From the NCBI GenBank assembly GCA_001662655.1, contig KV460231.1: a stretch of DNA of 64,000 nucleotides; one strand, written 5' to 3'. Positions 50,001 through 60,545 of the stretch are shown in pieces. This DNA comes from Pseudogymnoascus verrucosus. Taxonomy: Eukaryota. The translations under genes and the position numbers were made by a program. The notes under the pieces were generated by a model. That model saw only the letters and a program-made list of their open reading frames with translations. It was not told the origin of the DNA and made no database searches. The first letter of the stretch is position 1; each line of letters begins with the position of its first letter.

Positions 50001-53000
50001 GACAGCAACAGAATCCGTGATTGTTGAGGAGATCGGCAACGGCGCTGATATCCCGGCCCTTGATAAGAACATATCGAAGATCTGCGATTCGATTCTTGTT
50101 GCAGTTGAGAAACTATCAAAGTCTATCACCACAATGCCAACTTCAACAGAAGATCCTCTATGGCTTACGAACAACGACATCAGCCTTCGTAACAATTTTA
50201 CGTTCCTGCACAGCACCGAGATCAACCAACAGATCAACGAAGCTTTCACGCTGTTGAAGTCATTGGATCTCAGCGACCCCCAGGTCAGCCGCGTTGCTGG
50301 AGCCATGTTCGCCGTCACTCTGCCTATTGTGGAGCAATATTTCAATATTCTCCAGCAATCCATTGCGAGATATGCCCAGCTCAACCGAGCGACCTGCAAA
50401 ATGACTTATATTCTAGCAAAGACCTTCATCCAGATTGCAACTCAAGGGTTCTGCACTCCTGCGGAGAAATCAGATTCTCAGGAAGGCAAGACCGACAAAC
50501 TGGAAGGTGGAACAGGACTTGGTGAAGGCGAGGGTGCAGATGATATTAGCAAGGATATTCAAGAGGACGAAGATCTTACGGAGTTGGCCGAGGAGCCCAA
50601 CAAGGGAGACAGGGAGGATGACATCGAGGACGAGAAGGATGCAGTGGATATGGCAGATGCGGATATGGAAGGTGAAATGGGTGAAGCTGAGGAGAAGGGT
50701 GAAGATGAAGAAGGATCTGGTGATGAGGATGACAAGGACGATATTGAAGAAGAAACCGGGGATGTTGATGATTTAGATCCAAATGCTGTGGATGAGAAGA
50801 TGTGGGATGGAGATGGAGAGAAAGCTGACAAAGATCAGGAGGGAGATGATTCGAAGGGCGAGCAGAATAAGGACGAACAAGTTGCCGCTACGGAGAATGA
50901 CAAGCCGGCCCCTGAACAGAAGGAGGGAGAGGGAGAGGAAGAGGAAGAAGAGGTTGGAGCTGAGCAGGGCGAGGAGGTGACGCAGCAAGATGATGTTGAG
51001 AAACATGATCCGCATGCTGATGATGGCGATGCACTTGATTTGCCGGATGACATGGATTTGGATGGAGAAGATGAAGAAGGGAAGGAAATGAATAACGAGG
51101 ATGATGGCATGGAAGATCTCTCAGATGTTGAAGGTGAGGATCAGGAAGGTGATGAGGTTGACGAGAGTGACGATAAAAACATGGATGGCGAAGACGCGGA
51201 GGGCCAAGAGGATCAGGATATGGGAGATGATCTGGACGTGATCGACCTCGATGAGAAGGATGAGGAGGGCGAAGGAGAAGACACCAATGAGGCGGGTGAG
51301 AAGGCCGAAGGTGAAGATGCGGAGGAGGAGCCTGAGACGCAAGAGAACCTTCTACGTGATCACGACGAGGACGCTAAGGCAGATGACGAGAACGTAATTC
51401 CAAGCGAAGCGCAGGGTGTTGGGGAAGATCAAGAAGATAACAACAACGCCGACGACAATAAGGAGTCATCCAGCAAAGCCCAGAGGGAGGATGGCGGCGG
51501 AGGTGGCGACGCCTCTGAACAGAAAGATGCAGCTGCAGAGGAAGGCGAAAATGGCAGACAGGCACAAGGCGAGGCACCTACGTCGAACGACGAGACACAG
51601 GACGCCGCCGATGCCCAGCCATTCAAGAAGCTTGGTGATGCCCTGGAGAACTGGCATCGCCAGCAAACAAAGATTCGCGACGCTCCCCAGTCACAAGAGA
51701 AGGGACAGGACCAACCAATGGATACTGAGAACGAAACGTCCGAGTTCCAGCATCTTCAAGACGAGGAAGCGGAGGAGGATTCTACGCAAGCTCTTGGAAC
51801 TGCTACGGAGGATCAAGCCCATGCGGTTGATGAGTCAATGGCCATAGACATGGAAACCAAAGAGATGCCAGAGGCTTTCCAGCCCGATGAAGTTGAGCAG
51901 GACGATGTCGACCACGATGATGCTATGGATATCGAGGACGCTGAAGCACAGCCAGAGTCAACAGACGCCTACGAAGGCCGTGCCGGAGCCGCAATTCACC
52001 AAGCCAAGGAAGATCGCGAGCCAGAGAAATATGTTCCCCAACAGCCGACCGATATCGATGATGATGTCGAGGAGGTGGACAGAGAGCTAGATGCAACCCA
52101 CATCGATGATTCCGGAGCCGTTGAACTCTCCCGCGACTCCGCTTCTGCGCGCCAACTATGGACCGACTACGAGGCCTCTACCCGCGACCTATCTCTCTCT
52201 CTCACCGAGCAACTCCGTCTCATCCTCGCCCCCACACTAGCTACCAAGATGCGCGGCGACTTCCGCACCGGCAAACGCCTAAACATCAAACGTATCATCC
52301 CCTACATCGCCTCCTCCTTCAAGCGCGACAAGATCTGGATGCGCCGCTCTGTCCCCTCCAAGCGCTCCTACCAAATCATGCTCGCCGTCGACGACTCCAA
52401 GTCGATGGGCGAATCCGGCTCCGGCGCGCTAGCCTTCGAGACGCTCGCCATGGTCTCGAAGTCCCTCAGCATGCTCGAGGTCGGCGAGATCTGCGTGCTC
52501 GGCTTCGGCGACAGCGTCAAGGTGGCGCACGATTTCGATACACCGTTCTCTGCTGACGCGGGACCGCGCGTGTTTCAGAACTTTGGGTTCGAGCAGGCGC
52601 GCACGGATGTGACGAGGTTGGTGAGGGAGTCGATTGAGTTGTTCCGTGCGGCGAGGGCGAAGGCGTCGAATGCGCCGGCGGATTTGTGGCAGTTGGAGCT
52701 GATTATTTCGGATGGGGTTTGTGATTCTAGCGAGCATGAGCCGATTCGAAGATTGCTGCGTGAGGCGATTGAGGAGAGGATTATGATTGTGTTCATTATT
52801 GTGGATGATGTGAGGAATAAGAAGAAGGGAGAGAGTGTTATGGATCTGAAGGAGGCCAAGTTTGTCAAGGATGAGTATACGGGTACCTCGAACGTCAAGA
52901 TTGAGAGGTACTTGGATACGTTCCCATTCCAGTACTACCTTGTGGTGGGAGATGTCAAGGAGTTGCCTGGTGTGTTAGCAACGTTGTTGAGGCAGTGGTT

Positions 53001-53028
53001 TGCTGAGGTCGCGGATTCATCTGGTTGA
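38079..53028 (+). CDS. MDN1: Midasin (pre-60S AAA ATPase), about 4,960 aa, one intron at 45366-45426
   Basis: Six Walker A motifs (GLSGAGKT, GETGIGKT, GPTSAGKT, GETGCGKT, GSPGVGKT, GPSGSGKS), long linker, D/E-rich region, C-terminal MIDAS/VWA domain (VDDSKSM); the intron joins the two giant ORFs in frame. Confidence 0.97.
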
Positions 53029-53174
53029 TGACGTGGTAGAGTGAATATTTTGATTGTTGGCGTATATAAAAATGGGCGCGTTGCATTGCATGGCGTTTGA
53101 GGGGATATTGGAGAGCGATTTATTTGTTGGAGTACATAGTGCAGCTGCAAAGTCATTAGATAGGATAGCATTGA

Positions 53175-53402
53175 ATTTCGCAGTTATTCACAGATCTGTG
53201 TCATGCATATTTCGTTATCATGTTGGGAAGAGGCGCTGTGATTTTGCAGTTATTCACATATTAATATTGTGCATCTTTCGCCACCATGTTGGGAAAGAGG
53301 CGTTGAGATGTCGCATTAACTCCCAGAATGCTTCTTCCCTGTGCCTCTTTCGTCATCATGTTTGGAAGAGGTGTTGCGATTTGGCATTGACTTCCCCAGA
53401 TG
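53175..53402. repeat. Degenerate 66-72-bp tandem repeat, about 3.5 copies
   Basis: CATGTT(G/T)GGAA core starts at 53219, 53285 and 53357; shared TGC.T.TTTCG..A.CATGTT.GGAAGAGG.G.TG.GAT...GCA. Confidence 0.85.
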
Positions 53403-54233
53403 TTTCCCCGCAAGTTATCCATTCAACATCTAGACCGGCTCTCAGCCGTGAATTACGGCTTCCCATTTTGGCTATCCCGAGAATCCTAACTCTCACCACG
53501 AAATCAGGTATTGCACATGCATACTTCATGTTTTGACAGTGAAGGGGCCCTGCCCGTTGCTGAAAGATCAACGGAAACTCCCATAACACGCACGTTCAAA
53601 ACAGCTCTTCCCCACCTCTTGACCCCGCATGGCCCATAAAATCATGAAAACTGGTCACCAACAACGCTCTCGTTTCTCCAAATTTCCCTTGCGCGGCGAC
53701 AAAAGGGGCAAGGTGAGAAATCCTCAATCTCTAGCCCGGAGTTCAGCCGCGGCCATTCCTGGACCGCGGCGCTACTCCCAATGGAGTACTCCTGAGATCC
53801 GGTAGCGCCGCAGTACCGGTAGTTGGAAGGCTTAGTCTCACCCTAACTACCACCAAACTCGCACCAACAGGCACCAAGAGCCACCAAGATCGGACCGGCG
53901 GCTCTTGGTACGGAAGCTATTTTCGTATAGGATCTACGTAGCGGCATCGGTACTATTCTTCGGCCGGGCGATTTGGAGATGGAGATGCGTAGTGATTGGA
54001 GATTGGGACAAGGTGGATTATCATATTTGTACCTACAACAATTATTCCCACTAATGATGCGCATGGTGGATAGCCTCTATTTTGTCTCTATTTGCTCAGT
54101 CAAAGTCGTGATCCACCTGCAGCTCATGAAAAACAGTATGGAGCCACACGGCGATTAGACCTTTGGATCGGAAAACCACTGAGAAACAATGAGTATCCAC
54201 AACGATGATGTCGATTTGCTCAACGAGCACAAC

Positions 54234-54335
54234 GAACACCCCGCGGGGCTCCTCCTTGAGGGATATGAGGAGAGCGCCAACACCCCCGCGGGGCTCCTTT
54301 TTGAGGGTTATGAGGAGAATACCAATGCCCCGCGA
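54234..54335. repeat. 45-bp tandem duplication containing CCCCGCGGGG palindromes (paired CreA-type SYGGRG sites)
   Basis: CCCCGCGGGGCTCCT..TTGAGGG.TATGAGGAGA at 54239 and 54284; half-site at 54328. Confidence 0.8.
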
Positions 54336-54489
54336 AAATGTCTCCACATATCCCCTCGTTCTCCTGCGTGGGGAATGGAGAAGGCCCGAATTTTCATCAG
54401 GTGGATTTTGTATATGAGGTCTCACCTCCCCAGCATTTGTCACAAGAGCAAGCAATTTTCACCGCCGGTCTCAAAGAAACAGCTTCATC

Positions 54490-56214
54490 ATGGCGTCAAT
54501 CCCAGAGAAGGATCCCCACTGGATGGCTCCCGAGTTCACCAAGCCGGGACAAGATTTTGAGCACGACGACCACGTCAACCTGCACGAAGATGTCGACACC
54601 CTCATCGCGCAGATGGAGACGGAGATCGAAGCCGCAGGTCCGCAAAAGGACATGTTCGCAATCAACTTCAAGGACCCCAAGCACTTCACCTACTTCCTCG
54701 TCGTCTTCGCCTCCATGGGCGGTCTCCTCTCCGGCCTCGATCAATCCCTCATCTCGGGCGCAAACCTGTATCTCCCCAAGGACCTCGGGCTCGATTCCAA
54801 GCAGTCGAGTTTGGTCAACGCCGGTATGCCGCTTGGAGCTGTCATCGGAGCGTTCTTGATTTCGCCTTGTAACGAGTACCTCGGGCGTAGGATATCGATT
54901 CTCATCGCTTGTGTGCTGTATACGGTTGGTGCTGCGCTGTGCGCCGGCGCGATCGACTTCCCCATGCTGGTTGTGGCGCGTTTGATTCTCGGGTCTGGTG
55001 TTGGACTTGAGGGCGGAACTGTACCTGTTTATGTTGCTGAGACTGTTGAGAGGAGGTTGCGTGGTAACCTCGTCTCCCTGTACCAACTTATGATTGCACT
55101 TGGTGAAGTCCTCGGATACGCTGTTGGTGCGATCTTCTTGGGACTCCCAGGGAACTGGCGCTACATTCTCGGATCCTCCGTCGTCTTCTCTACAATCATG
55201 GGAATTGGGTAAGTCATCCCCCATCTTCCCACGCCAGAAGAACCTAGTCTAACAAAAAAACCCAACAGCACGCTCTACGTCCCCGAATCCCCCCGCTGGC
55301 TCATGCACAAAGGCGACTACCTCAACGCCTTCCGGGTGTGGAAACGCATCCGCGGCACCGCAACGCGCGAATCCCGCGAGGAATTCTACGAGATGAAGTC
55401 CTCCCTCGAATTCGAAGTCCTCCAAGTGCAAGAAGGCCGCACCAAGCGCTTCCCCTGGATGGACCTCTTCACCAACCCACGCGCGCGTCGCGCTCTCGTC
55501 TACGCGAACATGATGATCTTCCTGGGGCAGTTCACGGGGATCAACGCGGTTATGTATTTCATGTCCGTCCTCATGGGGTCGATTGGATTCGATGATACGC
55601 AGGCGAATTATATGTCTCTGGTTGGAGGGGGGGCGCTGCTGCTGGGGACTATTCCGGCGGTGTTTTATATGGAGCTTTGTGGACGCAGGTTTTGGGCGCT
55701 TGCTATGTTGCCTGGTTTCTTCACGGGGCTCATTCTCGTGGGTGTTAGCTATAACTTCGACCCTGCCGTTGATACGGTTCTGGTGCAAGGCCTGTATCTG
55801 ACGGGTCTGGTCATCTACATGGCCTTCTTCGGCTGCTACGCCACTCTAACCTGGGTCGTTCCCTCGGAAGTCTACCCCACCTACCTACGCTCCTACGGCA
55901 TGACCGTGTCCAGCGCGTGGATGTTCCTGTCCAGCTTCATCGTGACCTACAACTTCACTGGCATGTTCCAGGCCTTCACGGGCATCGGGCTGTGTCTGGG
56001 GTTCTACGGGGGTATCGCGGTGGTGGGGTGGTTTTACCAGTTGTTGTTCATGCCGGAGACGAAGAATAAGACGCTCGAGGAGATTGATCTTATTTTCGAG
56101 AGGCCGACGATGGTTATTGTGAAGGAGAATATTAAGAATAGTCGCGCGACGTGTAAGGATCTCTTGAGGGGGAGGTTTAGGAAGGTGGCGACGGAGACGC
56201 AGAGGGTTGTTTAG
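54490..56214 (+). CDS. MFS sugar porter (polyol/inositol transporter-like), 2 exons
   Basis: GGLLSGLDQSLISGA, YLGRR, VPVYVAE, RGNLVSLYQ, PESPRWL, QFTGINA, WVVPSE and PETKNKTLEEI motifs; intron about 55209-55268. Confidence 0.92.
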
Positions 56215-56724
56215 TTGTGTTGAGCTGTTGTTTGTGGCGTCGGGGGCGGTGTTTGAGTAACCATCCTCATCCGGAACCAAAAATAAATATCGATGATAAA
56301 ATCGATAAAAATCACAAAACTCCCCAATGTGGCGTGAACATGCATGCATCGTGCCGCCACAATATTGCCTCTCCCCCAAAACTTGTTTCTCCCCTAGCTA
56401 ATATTTGTTCTTCTTTTCTCCACTCTCCCCGTGGCCGAGACTCCGCACCTGAATATGCATGTCTCACTCGGTCGACACTTCGACCTCGGAATCCACAGTG
56501 GCACGAGGTATTAGCGACCCCAGAATGAGGCAATCCCTAACAAGTGGAACGTATGCAGGAGGGCATGACTAGCCTTGCAGGTGCCATAATCGCAGATACG
56601 TGCGTACGTCCGCGTTTGCCTGTAGTTGAGTGAGACAATGCAGTGCGCTGCGTTGGGGGATGCAGGACGCAAGGAACGACGTCCAGCGTAACCGCATTGG
56701 AGGCGCGGGGAAGGGGGAGGGTTA

Positions 56725-58536
56725 ATTCATGATGGTGACATATGCACTGATCAGAGTTCCTAGATTGAATCATCAGCGTTTCCGTTCTCTCTCTCTCTCT
56801 CTCTCTCTCTCTTACCATTCTCACAACACGCAACAAGACACCAGATAAACATACCAACGAATCTGCAAGTCCCACTAGTAACAATCTCCGCCCCGGCCCT
56901 CCCCATCACCCTCACCTCCCTCTTTCCTCGCGTCGAGGCAGCAGAGAATATATACCCCTCATCATCCCTCGCCTCAACCACCAGCCTCACCGCCCCCCCC
57001 TCCCCCCCACGAACGCGGTATATCAACCACCCCCTCCTCCGGCACCGCAACACCCAGCTTCCCAAACGTCGTAGCTCTAAACCTCAATTATCTCCCTGCC
57101 ATCGTCACCACCCCATCCGCGCCAACGGGCTGCCTAGAAACGATAGCAAGATCAACATGCTGTTCCTGGGTAATAAACACCGTGATCCCCTGCCTCCTCC
57201 CCCTCCCTCCTCGGCGAAAAGTCGAAGTCAACGCTGAATTTGAATAGCGTAGCTGTCTGCCGTCGCGCGATGAAGGTTAGGCCATCTGATGCTCTGACTG
57301 CGGAGTTGGCAGTTAGATTCGCGGATGAGGGGACGCGTTGGAGGGTCTTTGGCTGGCCGGGGGGGGGAGATGGTGTAGGATGATGGGAGGGGGATGCGGT
57401 GGTGGACCTAGTTTCGAGGTATTGTCTCGCCGGGGTGGAATTGACGATGTCTGCTCCATCGACTAGTATCTCGTCATGCCGGGGGGGAGAAGCAGAAAGG
57501 GGTAAATTCCACCAGCTCATCTCCCCCCTTACCGGATCCGCAACAGGCCACCCCCCCTCCAGCCACGACACGGGGAACATCACCGTCTCCCTCCCCATCA
57601 GACTCACCTCAAACCCCGAACCCGACCTCGTCGCCAACGCCGCACCCCACCAATCCCCCCACCCCCATCCTGAAAGAAATCCGCATGTCCAACGGTCTGA
57701 AAGTACTCCCCCCGTCCCTCTATTCGTCAAAATCGGATTCCCGGGATAACTCTCATACGGCCCCCAAATGGAGGAGGGAGAGCGCGCGATGGTAGCGGAG
57801 TGATTTAAACCTGAGCTGCCTTCGGCGATGAGGAGGTGGTGGTAGCTGGCTTTCTTGTAGATGTGTGGATCTTCTGGGTTGGAGTTGCTGGTGCCGTTCC
57901 AGATTCGCGCGGCGGGACTGGAGGAGGTGCTGGTGGTGAGGGTGAGGGTGGAGGGGTACATGGCGCCCCATTCGGAGGCTATGTAGAGGGTCCCGTCGTC
58001 GTCGTCCCAGAAGAGGTCGGGGTCGATTGTTTTTGGGGGGTTGGAGATCTGCAGACTGGCGCTCCATGCTGTGTCGTCGTAGGGATCTAGAGTAGTGAAG
58101 AGATAGTAGGTGGCTTTTAGTTTCGGGTCGTAGTCGATATACGTGACGACCACGTAGAGTAAACCATCATGATACCGTACTGTAGCCGCCCAGAACCCCT
58201 CATCGGCATTCGTATCTAGCGTCGCGAACTCGGAAACCTGGCTGGGGCGATTGAACACGTTGCTGGATAGTGTCCAGGTCGTTAGGTTGGGGCTGGAGTA
58301 GAGGGTGAGGCTGGGGAAGGTGAGGAAGGAGGAGGTGAGGAAAGAGGAGGTGATGCAGATGGTTGTGGACTGGGGGGACACAAAGACGCAGCTTGGGTCG
58401 GAGTGCTAGCTGGGGAGGATGGGGTTGAGGTAGCTGCTGCTGTTGTTGGTGGGTGGGTTTGGGGCCTGCTGGGCAGGTGTTGTGGAGATGAGGGATGGGA
58501 GGAGGAGGAAGAGGGGGGGGTGGTAGGGGACCGCAT
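56725..58536 (-). pseudogene. GH43 beta-xylosidase/arabinofuranosidase pseudogene (formerly secreted)
   Basis: YLNPILPS*HSDPSCVFV, GFWAATVRYHDG, IDPDLFWDDD, PEDPHIYKK..LLIAEG, IWGPYE and GRETVMFPVSW motifs; TAG at 58406-58408; frameshifts in the signal peptide, near 57710 and later. Confidence 0.88.
56786..56811. repeat. (TC)13 microsatellite inside the last intron of the GH43 pseudogene
   Basis: Directly visible. Confidence 0.9.
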
Positions 58537-58859
58537 TGTTGGGTTTGTGGGTTGTGTGAGCCACATTTTACTTAGATATTGGGGAAGTTGGCGAGGATTT
58601 TATCATAATCCCCCTCCCCGCGGATCCCATCACCGTGAAGCTTCCGTGCCTCACAGCTTCCCACTGTCGTCGTCGGTGTAAACTTCACCGACATATAAAC
58701 ATTTGAGAAATCATAGCGTCACCCCCTTCCGGTATCATCCCCGCCGATCTACGGGGAACAGCTCAGGGATACTCCATTGGGATGACCCATATAGAGGGGC
58801 CCTCCAATGGCCCGAACGTTGGGATTAGGCTATTTATAATAACCCGATGAATAACTACG

Positions 58860-60160
58860 GTTCATTTGCTCTTGGAGCTTTGTTGGACATACGATAGAGC
58901 CGGACAGGCGGGTGTGGTTTGGGTGTGAAATCATTTGGGGTGCCTGTACGTCTATCTTGAGGCGAGGACTAGATGGTTTATCATCATGTTATTTTCTGGA
59001 GGTGGATTGATTGGGGGGTTTTCTTTTCCGCTGGCCGGTTCTTGGATGGCTGCTGGAATGTTGGCGGGACGACATTGCTCCTTCTGTCGTTTTACTTCTT
59101 GAACTGTAATCGTACTCACCTCGTCCGTCAGTTGCAGTTAAGAAGGCCTTGGGGGTTGGAATGGTTTTTGTCGTAAACACGCTCTCCCTCCAGGCCAACA
59201 AGTCAACGCATTGGCTGGCTACCACTCAGCCTACAATGGGCCAGTGTCTTTTTACAAACTCCAACCTGGCTAAGAAGGCGGCAATGAGCATGCGCGCCTA
59301 ATGGCTCTGCTACGAATGCCGCGCTCTGCGACCGACTAGGCGCTTTCACATATGATACCCTCACCCAACACATCCCACGCTCAGCAATATTCAGCATTAA
59401 TATTCACCACCACAACACCAACAATGACGCCTACCCGCCTTACACCCCTATTTCCATCACAGTCACATAAGATTTAGCGTCTTGTCAAACCCAATAGCTC
59501 TAACAATCATGTGCGGAAGACATCCCTCATCATTACCAGACTCACCCACGATAATCCGGCAACCGCGGAACCCCGGAACCGAACCCCTCACGCGGCACAT
59601 CCATCCACCCTCCCCACGGGTCCCGAGCCGGCACTCACAAGACGCGCCGCAAACGGACGGACATGCCGTCGGTCGGTACCTGCAGGGCTTCACTCAGCCA
59701 CCACCCTTTGGCACGGTGTTTACATGTACACCCGCCCGCACGGCAAGAGCGCTTTGCTGTGGGGACGTGTGATTTGTTTGCTCGTGTCTCTGTTTGGTGT
59801 CCTGTGCGCAGCCTTGGGTGGCTTGGCTTATCACCTTGCATCGGTCTGTTCGTCCTTCTTGCGCGGGACAGTCCTTGCGTCGGGTTCGGGAGGCTACTGT
59901 GGTGGAAAGGAAAGGCCGAATAGTGGCTAGATCTACCTGGACCTGGGTCGGTGTCGGACGACAGGCGATCTAGGATCGGGTGCGCAGGAAGGGTCAGGGA
60001 TGTATGATGGATGATTGATGGATACCCTCAGCTGACAAGGGGTGTAGACATGAGACATCAACGCAGTTCATCCCCAGGGACGAGGGGGCTGAGACATATG
60101 ACGAGGGTTTGAGGTTTGTGCGGTGGCGGTTATTGGGCGGGGAGGCGCTGATGTGCCGTG
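58860..60160 (+). ncRNA. Candidate long structured non-coding RNA, identity unknown
   Basis: More than 15 mutually compatible helices found by eye, with G-U pairs favouring the + strand; no credible ORF; transcription not demonstrated. Confidence 0.45.
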
Positions 60161-60545
60161 CCGCTCGTGATGGGGGGGGAGGGGAGAGGGGGGGGGGTGC
60201 CGGATGGGGAGTGAGAGGGGAGGGGCGGGACGGTGTGTGTGATATGGAAGAGGAGGGTGGAATGGGGAGGGAAGGCATGGTGAGGGTGGTGGTGGTGGTG
60301 GTGGTGGTGGATGGGAGGGTGGATTGTGGTGGTGGATGGGGATGGGGTTGTGATGGCGAGACAGCGAAGGGATGGGGGGGGATGCAGGTCATTCACTGGT
60401 TGCCGCCACAGGGGGCGGGGGGGTGGATGGGGGACTGGGATGGAGACGGGGATGGGGATGTGTTTGATGGATGGCGATCGGGGAGCTGGGCTTGAATGGG
60501 GGGAGGGAGGTAGAGGGTACGTGAGATAGTATGGTGTTGAGGGGC
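60160..60545. repeat. G-rich low-complexity tract with (GGT)n and GGGGAT repeats
   Basis: Directly visible; many G3-G8 runs. Confidence 0.7.

Noticed and set aside
50450..52100. Extremely GA-rich repetitive stretch
   Set aside because: It is the normal Asp/Glu-rich region of midasin.
53175..53402. CRISPR-like repeat/spacer appearance (also at 25-240)
   Set aside because: Eukaryotic context, no cas genes, degenerate repeats, and the linkers are homologous to each other; these are minisatellites.
57152..58381. 409-aa ORF as an intact GH43
   Set aside because: It starts after the stop codon, lacks the signal peptide and catalytic base, and drifts in and out of the homologous frame.
59994..60529. 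Pro/His/Gly-rich ORFs
   Set aside because: Products of low-complexity G/C-rich sequence with no domain features.
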